A DNA stretch of 64,000 nucleotides from an uncultured Candidatus Saccharibacteria bacterium. GTDB lineage: Bacteria > Patescibacteriota > Saccharimonadia > UBA4664 > CAZJNH01. Shown here in pieces: positions 55,578-64,000 of this stretch. The stretch's first letter is position 1, and each line of letters begins with the position of its first letter. A program made the translations under genes and the position numbers. The notes under the pieces are model-generated. The model was not told where the DNA came from. It searched no databases and saw nothing but the letters and a program-made list of their open reading frames with translations. The stretch lies in contig CAZJNH010000007.1 of the NCBI GenBank assembly GCA_964547425.1, positions 4,981 to 68,980 on the forward strand, in the 5' to 3' direction.

Positions 55578-55606
55578 ATTTTAGCATAAGAAGGTTGATC
55601 TGTCAA
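55578..55606 (-). promoter_or_regulatory. Near-consensus sigma70 promoter
   Basis: TTGACA-N17-TAAAAT with extended TG. Confidence 0.7.
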
Positions 55607-55639
55607 CACTAACCGGGCAATCTGGTAAAATAAATCCAG

Positions 55640-56953
55640 ATGCGTACACTCTCGTCCGACATCAAAAAACAGACCGGTAAATCGGTTACCGTTCAGGGCT
55701 GGTTGCACAAGAAGCGGGCTATGGGCGCGTTAATGTTCCTGATCGTGCGCGACCGGGGCGGGCTCGTCCAGGTGGTTGTCTCCAACGAAAAGGAGCAGAC
55801 CAAACTTCAGGGAATGCAGATCGGCACGGTTCTGACCGTTAAGGGCAAAGTGAAAGCCGAACCAAGAGCAAAAATCGGCGCCGAAATCCATGAACCGAAA
55901 ATAACGGTCGAGGTGCCGGTCGATGAAGCGCCCCCAATTGAGATCGACAAACCGATCGACCACAAGCCGGACAACCTCGATACCCTCTTTGAATATCGCT
56001 CCCTAAACCTGCGCAACCCCACCGAGCAGAACATCTTTAAGGTTGCCGGCGGGGTTTCTAATGCTATCCGCTGGTTTTTCTCCGAGCGTCAATTTGTTGA
56101 GATTAGAACTCCCAAGATTCTGGCCGAAGCGACCGAGGGCGGCGCCGAGGTCTTTAAGCTGGAATACTTTGACCGCGGACTCGCTACGCTTGCTCAGTCC
56201 CCTCAGTTTTATAAACAAATGCTTGTTGGCGCCTACGAAAGAGTCTATGAGATCGCTCCCGCCTACCGCGCCGAACCGAGTATGACCACCCGCCATATGA
56301 GCGAATTTACCTCGGTTGACGCCGAGATAGGCTTTATCGAAAGTTATGCTGACGTCGAGGATATTATGGGTGAACTGCTGCACTTCGTGGTTGATCTAGT
56401 CTGGAAACACCAGGCAGAGGAGTTAAAAAGCCTTGGCGCCGAGAAGCCAAAGCTGGCCAAAAAGCTGCCTAAGATGACGATGGCCGAAATTCACCACGGC
56501 TATTCGAAGGCTACCGGTGAAGACACCATCAAAGAAAAGGACCTTTCTCCGGCCGAAGAGCGCTGGGTCTCGGAACACGCTGCCAAAAATCTTGGCTCTG
56601 AGGCGGTTTTTGTGACCGACTGGCCGATCGACGGAATGAAGTTTTACCATCGCAAAAACCAGGCCGACCCAAAGCTGGTGGTTCGCTCAGATTTAATATT
56701 CCGCGGCAGCGAGATTGCAACTGGGTCGCAGCGTGAGCATCGGTACGACACCCTGATCGGGCAGCTAGAAGGGCTAGGCGGCGACCCGAACCATCCGGGA
56801 TATAAATATTATCTGCAAGCCTTTAAGTATGGCCTGCCTCCCCACGGCGGGTTTGGGCTGGGTCTTGAGCGTTTGGTCCAGAAGCTGATCGGCCTAAACA
56901 GTGTCAAGGAGGCCACGCTCTTCCCGCGCGACATGCAAAGGCTAGTGCCGTGA
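55640..56953 (+). CDS. aspS: Aspartate--tRNA(Asp/Asn) ligase, short non-discriminating type
   Basis: OB-fold F...RD..G..Q.V, TEGGA..F, LAQSPQ.YKQ, RAE.S.T.RH..EF.S.D.E, PPHGGFG.GLER, FPRD. Confidence 0.93.
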   Translation: MRTLSSDIKKQTGKSVTVQGWLHKKRAMGALMFLIVRDRGGLVQVVVSNEKEQTKLQGMQIGTVLTVKGKVKAEPRAKIGAEIHEPKITVEVPVDEAPPIEIDKPIDHKPDNLDTLFEYRSLNLRNPTEQNIFKVAGGVSNAIRWFFSERQFVEIRTPKILAEATEGGAEVFKLEYFDRGLATLAQSPQFYKQMLVGAYERVYEIAPAYRAEPSMTTRHMSEFTSVDAEIGFIESYADVEDIMGELLHFVVDLVWKHQAEELKSLGAEKPKLAKKLPKMTMAEIHHGYSKATGEDTIKEKDLSPAEERWVSEHAAKNLGSEAVFVTDWPIDGMKFYHRKNQADPKLVVRSDLIFRGSEIATGSQREHRYDTLIGQLEGLGGDPNHPGYKYYLQAFKYGLPPHGGFGLGLERLVQKLIGLNSVKEATLFPRDMQRLVP

Positions 56954-57438
56954 GCCCGCTAAGGCGCTACGCAAACAATGAATTTATGGCCAAGAAGTTC
57001 GGCGAAGTGCTGGCTTTTTGTTTAGTCGGCCAGGAAACGGTCAATAAGGCCGGCCGAACCTTTATCGACGAGATTGGGCAGGATAAAGTTGACCGCTATA
57101 AGACACATCTGGCTCAATTGGCGGCAATAATTGGCGAGCAAGCCGGCGAAATTACCCGAGTAAAAGCTGACAAGACCGCCGAAAAATTGCGAACCCTTCG
57201 CGAAACCTACGTTGGTGATGAATGGGACAACCCAACCGAAATCCTGGAGTGGCTAGGTTTTTTTGAGGGGGCGGCGATCGTGCACTGGTTTTTGATCATG
57301 GGCAGCGCCGAATCGCAAAACGACCTAGAATTGGGCGCCCTGGCCGAACGAGGAGTGGATTTGCACCGCAAGTCTCTCAAAAACGTCGAGGATCACCTCC
57401 GAGCTCTAGGCGCCAAACGAGCCAAACAAGACGGTTAG
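56950..57438 (+). CDS. Ferritin-like helical-bundle hypothetical protein
   Basis: K..KT..KL...E.Y.GDEWDN..E.LEW.GFFEG.AIVHW. Confidence 0.6.
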   Translation: MSPLRRYANNEFMAKKFGEVLAFCLVGQETVNKAGRTFIDEIGQDKVDRYKTHLAQLAAIIGEQAGEITRVKADKTAEKLRTLRETYVGDEWDNPTEILEWLGFFEGAAIVHWFLIMGSAESQNDLELGALAERGVDLHRKSLKNVEDHLRALGAKRAKQDG

Positions 57439-58145
57439 TCTAGCAGCTCTCGCCGGATTTTTTGCACGTCGTGAATGAATTCCAGCTGCTGTTCCCTTCT
57501 CGGGCGCTTAATGTCGACCTTAAACTCGTGAGTAATCTGCCCGGCCTTTAACACTGCCACCCGGTCCGCCAAGGTGACGGCCTCCTCGATCGAGTGAGAG
57601 ACCATTAAAATGGTCTTTTTGGTTTCCTGCCAGATTTTGAGCAGGTCGCGGTGAAGCAGTTCTGTTGTTTGAATGTCGAGCGCCGAGAACGGCTCGTCCA
57701 AAATCAATAAGTCGGGTTCAACGGCTAAAGCTCGGGCTAGGCCGACCCGCTGACGCTGCCCGCCAGATAGGTCTCTCGGTAACCTGTCGCCAAAGTGTTC
57801 AAGTCCGACCAGGGTTAAGGCTTGCCGAGTTTCAGTTTTAACCGCTCGTGCGTCCATCTGTTTAGCGGTTAAAGCGATCTCGATGTTTTGAGACGCCGTT
57901 AACCATGGGAACAGCGCGCCGGACTGGAACACCATAGCAACGCTCGCCGGAGATTCAATATGTCCGGAATCCGGTTTTACCAGTCCGCAGATGATTTCGA
58001 TTAGAGTAGATTTTCCGCTTCCTGACGGACCGACGATTACCACAAACTCCCCTGGCTCGATCGTCAGCGAGGCATTGTGGAGGGCCGGTTTAGACTCCCC
58101 CGGAAACCGTTTGGTAATGTTTTCCAGACGGATCGGACTATTCAA
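57435..58145 (-). CDS. ABC transporter ATP-binding protein (NitT/TauT type)
   Basis: GPSGSGKST, VFQ..ALFPWLT, LSGGQRQR, LDEPFSALD, VSH. Confidence 0.93.
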   Translation of the reverse strand: MNSPIRLENITKRFPGESKPALHNASLTIEPGEFVVIVGPSGSGKSTLIEIICGLVKPDSGHIESPASVAMVFQSGALFPWLTASQNIEIALTAKQMDARAVKTETRQALTLVGLEHFGDRLPRDLSGGQRQRVGLARALAVEPDLLILDEPFSALDIQTTELLHRDLLKIWQETKKTILMVSHSIEEAVTLADRVAVLKAGQITHEFKVDIKRPRREQQLEFIHDVQKIRRELLD

Positions 58146-58959
58146 AGCGATACTTCTCCGCCAAACGCAGTAGTTTTTGCCAGACAAACAGATTCATCAC
58201 GCCGATAGCCAGTACCATCACGGCGATCGCCGCAATGAAAAGTCCGCTTTGGCCAGCCGCCGAAGCGTGAACCAGAGTGCTGCCGATCCCCGACAGGTCG
58301 AGCGAGGAACCGCCGCCAGGGATATAGGTATGCAGGACCTCAGCGACGATTAAAATATTCCAACCTTCGGCCCAGGCGAGGAGTGAACCGGTGACTATGT
58401 AAGGAAAAATGGCAGGGATTAATACTCGCCTCAAGTAAGCGCCGCGGCGGATGTGGAATATGTACGAGGCAGCTTTTATGTCGCCCGGAATTTCGCGGAT
58501 ACCGCCGACGACACTAAAGACGATGTTGCCAAGCATGTTGATGAAAATAATAAATATGGCCGCGGCTGCCAACTGATGGAAACGGATGAAAAACACTAGT
58601 AAAACCGGGAAAAAGGCCAGGACTGGAATCGATTGAATGATGTCAAAGGTTGGTAGCAGAATTTTTTCAGTCAAAGCGTTGGCGTTGATGGCCAAAGCTA
58701 ACGGTATAGCCAAGGCTAGTGAAAGAATGTAGGCAATAATCAGCCGGCCAAATGAAATGCCGAGCGCGCTAAACAGATGTGACCAAGGAATTTGTGATAG
58801 ATTATATTGCCCGGCGTAGGAACGGACAACAATCGCGGCCAGAACAAGGACCACGCCTGGGATCAAGACATGTGAGTACAGCCGCAGCGAGATGCGTGAT
58901 GGATAACTAATGCTGCTATGGCGCCGATAGTGGCTGATGTGTTTGGCTGGTTTGGCCAT
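58138..58959 (-). CDS. ABC transporter permease (NitT/TauT type)
   Basis: DI.QS.PVL.FFP, IP.DI..A, P...P....G...W..GW...VAE. Confidence 0.88.
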   Translation of the reverse strand: MAKPAKHISHYRRHSSISYPSRISLRLYSHVLIPGVVLVLAAIVVRSYAGQYNLSQIPWSHLFSALGISFGRLIIAYILSLALAIPLALAINANALTEKILLPTFDIIQSIPVLAFFPVLLVFFIRFHQLAAAAIFIIFINMLGNIVFSVVGGIREIPGDIKAASYIFHIRRGAYLRRVLIPAIFPYIVTGSLLAWAEGWNILIVAEVLHTYIPGGGSSLDLSGIGSTLVHASAAGQSGLFIAAIAVMVLAIGVMNLFVWQKLLRLAEKYRFE

Positions 58960-59015
58960 AATTCTTAAGCTTATTATATATGATATAGTTTTCCCAGATA
59001 GACAAAGGCATTTTT

Positions 59016-60371
59016 GTGTTTGAACAGACCGATTTTGATTTAATCGTCATTGGCAGCGGCGCCGGCGGCGCGGTCGGTGCCAGCTACGCCAGAGGTTTAG
59101 GAAAAAGCGTAGCTTTGTTCGAAAAGGACAAAGTATTGGGCGGTGAGTGCCCCAACTGGGCTTGTGTCCCGACTAAGGCCCTACTGCAAGCGGCGGAGGT
59201 ATACCAATCAGCAAAGAACGCCGGCACCTTTGGTGTTAGCGCATCGAAAGTCACGGTCAGCCAACGGGGCTTGCGCGCTTGGCGCAACAAGGTTGTTTCG
59301 CGCACCGGTGCCGCGCAGGGTGACGCGGTTTTTACCGACGAAGGCATTAAGTTAATAAAAGGGCGCGCTAAATTTGTGTCCGCCGATACGGTTGAGTCAG
59401 GCGGCAAAACCTACTCAGCAAAGCGATTTTTAGTCGCCACCGGGGCTGATCCGCTGATCCCGCAGATCAATGGGCTGAAGCAGACTGGCTTTATCAACTT
59501 TAAGCAAGCGGCCGAGATCAAATCATTGCCAAAATCGATCCTAATTTTGGGAGGCGGGCCGATCGGGTGCGAATTCGCCCAGTTATACGCCGACTTGGGA
59601 GTTAAGGTCACAATTACCGAAGCCGCGGCGCGGTTGTTGCCAAGAGAAGAGCCGGAGGTCGGCCAGCTAATAGCCGAGCTATTCGGCAACCGCGGCATTG
59701 ATGTGCTCCTGGGCTGCAAGGTTAATAAGATCGAACGTAAGGCCGGGCGAAAAATCGCGTATTACAAAGGTGGTAAGGTAGCGTCCGATGAAATTCTAGT
59801 CGCCGCCGGTAAACAAGCGAACTTAGGCTTCGGCGAAGAGGCAGCCGGGATCAAAGTTGATGACGGTAAAATCAGGACCAACGACAAGCTCCAAACCACC
59901 AACTCGCGGGTGTTTGTGGCCGGTGACAACTCTGGAGGGATGCAGTTTACGCACGTTGCGGCATATCAAAGCCGGATGGCGGTCCATAACGCGTTTAATC
60001 GGCGCCAGGTTAAGCCTACCTATACCTCTATTCCCCGCTGCATATTTATTCGTCCGGAGGTAGCCAGCGTTGGTTTTAGTGAAGATGAAGCCAAAAAACG
60101 AGGCATCACAATAAAAAAAGGCATCACTCCGACCGCTATTGTCGGGCGCGCCAATACTAGTAATGAATTCGACGGCTTCGTAAAGGTTATCACCGACAAG
60201 CGAGGCGTTATTATCGGCGCCAGCATCGTCTCGCCCCGAGCCGGCGAATTAATTCACGAACTAGCTTTAGCTATCAAGCTTCGCGCCACCGCCTCCGAAG
60301 TTGCTGAGTTAGTCCACGCCTTCCCGACCTACTCCGAAGCCATAAAAATCGCCTGCGCCGGCATCTCATAA
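59016..60371 (+). CDS. Pyridine nucleotide-disulfide oxidoreductase (Lpd/MerA-like)
   Basis: GSGAGG, GGECPNWACVPTKAL redox CxxxxC, GGGPIG.E, AGD, HAFPTYSE; no MerA C-terminal CC. Confidence 0.92.
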   Translation: MFEQTDFDLIVIGSGAGGAVGASYARGLGKSVALFEKDKVLGGECPNWACVPTKALLQAAEVYQSAKNAGTFGVSASKVTVSQRGLRAWRNKVVSRTGAAQGDAVFTDEGIKLIKGRAKFVSADTVESGGKTYSAKRFLVATGADPLIPQINGLKQTGFINFKQAAEIKSLPKSILILGGGPIGCEFAQLYADLGVKVTITEAAARLLPREEPEVGQLIAELFGNRGIDVLLGCKVNKIERKAGRKIAYYKGGKVASDEILVAAGKQANLGFGEEAAGIKVDDGKIRTNDKLQTTNSRVFVAGDNSGGMQFTHVAAYQSRMAVHNAFNRRQVKPTYTSIPRCIFIRPEVASVGFSEDEAKKRGITIKKGITPTAIVGRANTSNEFDGFVKVITDKRGVIIGASIVSPRAGELIHELALAIKLRATASEVAELVHAFPTYSEAIKIACAGIS

Positions 60372-60378
60372 TCCCAAA

Positions 60379-60457
60379 TTTGACTCAATTTCCCCAAACC
60401 TTGTAATTTCCTTATCTGTTAAGGGTGTAACCCTTTTCAGGTTAGCGGTTTACAAGC
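60379..60457. repeat. Dispersed palindromic repeat, copy 3 (inverted)
   Basis: TTTGACTCAA 60379-60388, core AAGGGTGTAACCCTT 60421-60435, outer CTTGTAA/TTACAAG. Confidence 0.85.
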
Positions 60458-61358
60458 TTTTTTGGAGTTGGGTGAGGCAGGACTTGAGGTTGATGGGTTT
60501 GCCGAGGACGGGGGCCCATAGGTCACCGACTTTGTCGACGCGCTGTTGGAGGTTTTTCATGGTGAACTGGGATGGGTGTAGTTTTTTGGTTACTTCTTCC
60601 CATTTAAGGGGCGTTGATGCCCAGGCGCCTTCGACCGGGCGAATGCTATAGGGCGCGGCTAAGGTTTGCCCACGGCTGTTTTGTAGGTAATCAAGATAGA
60701 CTTTTTTCTGCCGTTTGGCCGGTTTACGTTCAATGCTGGTGAAATCCGGCGCGTTTTGATGCGCGACTGTAGCGATTAACTGCCCAAACTGCCGGCACTG
60801 TTCGTAGTCGTATTTTGCGCCCAGCGGAATGTAGATGTGGATCCCAGTTTTGCCGGAAGTTTTGGGATGTCCAGTTGCGCCGATTTTTTCCAGAACTCGC
60901 CGAACGACTTGCGCCGCTTCAACGACTTTTTCGAAACCGATCGCCTCAGGATCGAGATCGATAATCAGAAAATCTGGGTTATCTGGTTTCTGGATTCTCG
61001 AATTCCAGGGGTTAATCTCAATACAGCCAAGATTTGCCATATACGCGAGAGTGGCTTTGTCTTGGCACAGTAAATAATGGACCGTTTTGCCTTCTTCCGA
61101 CTTATCCTCAAAAGTCTTAGCCCAATCTGGATGCTTTTCAACGTTTTTCTGATAAAAACTCTCGCCGTCGATACCGTGAGGATGGCGGTTTAAGCTCTCC
61201 GGCCGGTCCTTTAAGTACGGCAAAATCGCCTCCGCCATCGACTGGTAGTACTTCAACAAGTCGCTTTTAGTGTAGCCTTCCTTCGGCCAATAAACTTTGT
61301 CGAGGTTCGTAAAGTTAACCTCTTTTCCCTCAATTTCTACCACCTTATCTCTACCCAT
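60450..61358 (-). CDS. LigD polymerase (AEP) domain, stand-alone
   Basis: TNL.KVYWP, DRP..L.R.P.G..G..FYQK, N.G.IE, DLDP, KTSG..G.H, YLDYLQN..G.T.A.PYS.R. Confidence 0.93.
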   Translation of the reverse strand: MGRDKVVEIEGKEVNFTNLDKVYWPKEGYTKSDLLKYYQSMAEAILPYLKDRPESLNRHPHGIDGESFYQKNVEKHPDWAKTFEDKSEEGKTVHYLLCQDKATLAYMANLGCIEINPWNSRIQKPDNPDFLIIDLDPEAIGFEKVVEAAQVVRRVLEKIGATGHPKTSGKTGIHIYIPLGAKYDYEQCRQFGQLIATVAHQNAPDFTSIERKPAKRQKKVYLDYLQNSRGQTLAAPYSIRPVEGAWASTPLKWEEVTKKLHPSQFTMKNLQQRVDKVGDLWAPVLGKPINLKSCLTQLQKSL

Positions 61359-61375
61359 TTCTACCAGCAAAAGCT

Positions 61376-61432
61376 AAGGGTGTAACCCTTAACAGGTTAG
61401 GAAAATACATGTTTTGTAAAAATTGACTCAAA
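61376..61432. repeat. Dispersed palindromic repeat, copy 4 (half element, core loop flipped)
   Basis: AAGGGTGTAACCCTTAACAGGTTAGGAAAATACATGTTTT..TTGACTCAAA. Confidence 0.85.
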
Positions 61433-61436
61433 CTGG

Positions 61437-62966
61437 TCATTTGGGAAGCTCCCGTTTAACTTGCTCCGGCTTTTTGTCTGGACGCATCCCGAGGAAAATC
61501 GGCTGCCGCATTTGTCCCTCGCTAGTCCACTCCTGGAATTTAACCTCACAAACCAGTTTAGGTTTAACCCACGTCGCCTTGGCGTTGGTTTTCACAGGAG
61601 CTTTAAAGGGAGATGAGTCGGTGACAAGCGGCTCGAGCTTGGCGTAAACAGCTTTCAGGCTTGTACCATCGAAACCGCCACCGGTATGGCCGATGTAGAT
61701 TAGCTCCTCTTTCTCGTAAACCCCCAGAATCAGTGCACCAAACAACTCCCTTGCGCCCTTTGGCTCAGTAAATCCGGCGATCACCGCCTCCTGGCTCAAG
61801 TGAGTCTTAATCTTCAGCCAATCCGCTCCGCGTTTCCCAAATTGATAAGTACTCGATTTGCGTTTAGCAACTACCCCTTCTAGCGATTGGCCGTTGGCCG
61901 CCTCAAAGAAGGCCTTGCCGTCTTTTTCAATATGTTCCGACAATTTAATGTGCGGCGATTTTGGCAGCATATTTTTCAGGATTTCCTTGCGTTTAAGCAG
62001 AGGTAACCCGGTCAGGTCGTGTCCATCGAGATGCAAAATATCAAAAACGTAATAAACCAGACTCCCGGATGGCGTTTTGGCGTAATCCTGTAGCAGCCCA
62101 AAGCTGGCTCTGCCCGATTCATCGAGCGCGACCACTTCTCCATCCAAAACCGCCGCGTGCATAACCTTCTCAAGCGCCTTCACGACCGGCGGGAATTTAG
62201 CGTTGAAAGGCTGCAAGTTCCGAGAGTATAGATCTACTTTGCCTTTGTTTATCTCGGCAATAGTCCGATAACCGTCCCATTTAATTTCGAATATCCAATC
62301 AGGATCGTCAAAAGCATCCTCGACTAGGGTACAAAGCATTGGCTTAACGTTGTGCGGAAGCTTGGACTTTGGTGTATCGATCTGGCCGCTCGCTTGTTCG
62401 GCAACCTCCTCGACTTTGAGGTTACTGCGAACTGAGCGGTCTTTCTTGGTGATATCGGCCGTCGAGGTATAACGATCATCTTTTTTAAATAGTAGCCAAG
62501 CATGCTCGCCAGCGGTCTTAAATCTGACTAGAGCAAACAGTCCTTTTATCTTCTTGCCTTCAAGCACAAACACTAGATGCCCAGCCTTTAGCCCTTCGGC
62601 AAGCTCCTTTTCCGATCCAGCTCGATCGATCGCATTTTCAGAGTGATAAGTCCCTTCATCCCAAATAATGACGCTTCCCGCCCCGTACTCCCCTTCCGGT
62701 ATCACGCCCTCAAAGTTGCGGTACTCATAAGGGTGGTCCTCGACCATCATCGCTAGATGTTTCAGGTGGGAAACCAATGAAGGCCCCTTTGGCACCGCCC
62801 AGCTCTTCAGCACGCCATCCATCTCCAGCCGAAAATCGTAATGCAGCTGCGACGCGTCGTGTTTTTGGACGACGAACCGCAAGGCTCCTTTACCTTTAAC
62901 CACCTTGCCAGCCGGCTCAGGAGTTTTATCGAAACTGCGCTTTTTTGAGTATTCCTTGAGAGGCAA
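61437..62966 (-). CDS. ligD: LigD phosphoesterase plus ATP-dependent ligase domains
   Basis: FVVQKH.A..LHYDFRLE..GVLKSWAVPKGP (PE); EIKWDGYR, LDGE, FD, EG.VAK, WLKIK, P.F.G.R.DK (LIG). Confidence 0.95.
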   Translation of the reverse strand: MPLKEYSKKRSFDKTPEPAGKVVKGKGALRFVVQKHDASQLHYDFRLEMDGVLKSWAVPKGPSLVSHLKHLAMMVEDHPYEYRNFEGVIPEGEYGAGSVIIWDEGTYHSENAIDRAGSEKELAEGLKAGHLVFVLEGKKIKGLFALVRFKTAGEHAWLLFKKDDRYTSTADITKKDRSVRSNLKVEEVAEQASGQIDTPKSKLPHNVKPMLCTLVEDAFDDPDWIFEIKWDGYRTIAEINKGKVDLYSRNLQPFNAKFPPVVKALEKVMHAAVLDGEVVALDESGRASFGLLQDYAKTPSGSLVYYVFDILHLDGHDLTGLPLLKRKEILKNMLPKSPHIKLSEHIEKDGKAFFEAANGQSLEGVVAKRKSSTYQFGKRGADWLKIKTHLSQEAVIAGFTEPKGARELFGALILGVYEKEELIYIGHTGGGFDGTSLKAVYAKLEPLVTDSSPFKAPVKTNAKATWVKPKLVCEVKFQEWTSEGQMRQPIFLGMRPDKKPEQVKRELPK

Positions 62967-62967
62967 A

Positions 62968-63765
62968 TTAACCCCTGGCTTTCGCTTTTTCTCGCTCTTT
63001 GTGCTTTTCCAGGCTGGCCTTTAACATCACCATCAAATCCTTAACCTCGGTATCCGCCGGCGGTGCAGATCGACCGACCTTAACGGGCTTGCCTTTGGCT
63101 TTCGTTTCGATTATTTTCTCCAGATCTTCTTTGTAGGTGTCGTGAAACTGTTCCGGCTTAAACGGCCCGGACAGCTGATCGATTAAAGCCAGGGCCATAT
63201 CGACCTCTTTTTTGCTGACCTCGGTGTCGGGCAGGCTCAACTCATCTTTGGGTCTGATGTCGTCCTTATAGCGCATCTGGTCAAGGATCAGTGCTTTGCC
63301 GCTCGGCTTAAGCGCTGCCAGGTGTTCTTTACTTTGCAGGACAAACTTGGCGATGCCAACCTTACCAGATCGCTCTAACGCCTCGCGCAGCAAAACGTAG
63401 GGCTTTTCGGCGCCTTTTTCCGGTTCCAGGTAATAGGGTTTGTCGAAATAAATATCGTCGATCTCATCGGCCTTAACGAAATCAACGACATTGATGCTAT
63501 GGGTTTTTTTCACGTCGGCTGTTTCGAAATCTGCGTCGGTTAAGACTACATAATCCCCTTTTTCATACTCGTAGCCCTTTACGATATCCTCGTAGGCCAC
63601 TTCCTTGCCGTCGCTTTTTCGCACCCTGACGTAATGAATTGGCGACAGCGTTTCTTTGTCGAGCATGTCGAAGCTCAACTCAGTTCCAGCCGTCGCGCTG
63701 TAAAGCCTGACCGGAACGTTAACTAACCCGAAACTAAGTGAGCCTTTCCAGATTGGCCGCATCAT
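62968..63765 (-). CDS. ku: Ku DNA end-binding protein
   Basis: IWKG.LSFGLVN.PV.LY.AT, IVKGYE, YF..PYYL.P, DLM..L.ASL. Confidence 0.96.
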   Translation of the reverse strand: MMRPIWKGSLSFGLVNVPVRLYSATAGTELSFDMLDKETLSPIHYVRVRKSDGKEVAYEDIVKGYEYEKGDYVVLTDADFETADVKKTHSINVVDFVKADEIDDIYFDKPYYLEPEKGAEKPYVLLREALERSGKVGIAKFVLQSKEHLAALKPSGKALILDQMRYKDDIRPKDELSLPDTEVSKKEVDMALALIDQLSGPFKPEQFHDTYKEDLEKIIETKAKGKPVKVGRSAPPADTEVKDLMVMLKASLEKHKEREKAKARG

Positions 63766-63798
63766 AAGTCCAATTAACTTCTCTATTGTAGCAAGCCT

Positions 63799-64000
63799 TT
63801 AAGCGACCGGCTCTAGCACTTCCTTTGCCCGCTCTTTGATGTCGATCGGGTAAACACCGCTGAAACACGAAGTTGAGAGCATGTTTTCTGGAACCCCCAC
63901 CGCTTTGACCATGCCGTCGTAGGACAGAAAGTTGAGGCTGTCGGCACCGATGTATTTTTCGATCTGCTTAACGCTCATCCGGGAGGCAATTAATTTTTTT
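63799..64000 (-). CDS. purF: C-terminus of amidophosphoribosyltransferase (partial)
   Basis: Manual translation KKLIASRMSVKQIEKYIGADSLNFLSYDGMVKAVGVPENMLSTSCFSGVYPIDIKERAKEVLEPVA*; IGADSL.(F/Y)LS and CF.G.YP are PurF C-terminal hallmarks. Confidence 0.8.
   Translation of the reverse strand, partial: KKLIASRMSVKQIEKYIGADSLNFLSYDGMVKAVGVPENMLSTSCFSGVYPIDIKERAKEVLEPVA

Noticed and set aside
55061-55708. 215-aa minus-strand ORF
   Set aside because: Spans a promoter, a terminator and the aspS start; the 55204-55524 frame has the SD and TM features
57435-58959. ABC importer lacking a substrate-binding protein as a novelty
   Set aside because: The binding protein may be encoded elsewhere; nothing in the window distinguishes it from ordinary NitT/TauT pairs
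59016-60371. Mercuric reductase MerA
   Set aside because: No C-terminal Cys-Cys pair, no HMA domain and no mer genes nearby
5893-61432. Repeat copies as a CRISPR array or integron attC sites
   Set aside because: Dispersed and degenerate, with no spacers, no cas or intI genes and no RYYYAAC/GTTRRRY ends
61371-61439. TGA read-through or genetic code 25 fusing ligD and its polymerase
   Set aside because: The spacer also contains in-frame TAA and TAG, and many genes end cleanly at TGA

Overview
Gene-dense bacterial chromosome segment, most likely from a Patescibacteria/CPR organism (Saccharimonadia-like). That placement is inferred from gene content: CPR-type sortase and PEGA protein, double-domain ThyX, non-discriminating AspRS, and N-terminally extended uL1 and bL12. 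Genetic code 11 fits. Housekeeping genes: mreB, nfo, ychF, typA, cysS, nrnA, recR, ybaB, dnaB, dnaX, secE-nusG-rplK-rplA, rplJ-rplL with an L10 leader, aspS, tRNA-Leu(CAA) and tRNA-Gln(TTG). Accessory content includes surface-glycosylation genes, Ig-stalked surface hydrolases, a dTTP-pathway cluster inserted between rplA and rplJ, topoisomerase IB, Ku/LigD NHEJ and the 3' end of purF. No integrase, transposase or CRISPR array was seen. Most notable observations: (1) a four-copy, roughly 60-80 bp bipartite palindromic element that always sits a few nt after a stop codon in the same polarity, one copy lying between the two halves of LigD; (2) a membrane protein whose central part looks like a string of short peptide motifs from unrelated families (FG-GAP, BNR, Hcp, phage tail); (3) matching GTTC-N7-GTTC LexA-type boxes inside sigma70 promoters of dnaX-dnaB and of an unknown gene; (4) an NDK-dUTPase fusion; (5) a UbiA prenyltransferase plus NMP-kinase operon. 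All family assignments are by eye from motifs; no searches were run.
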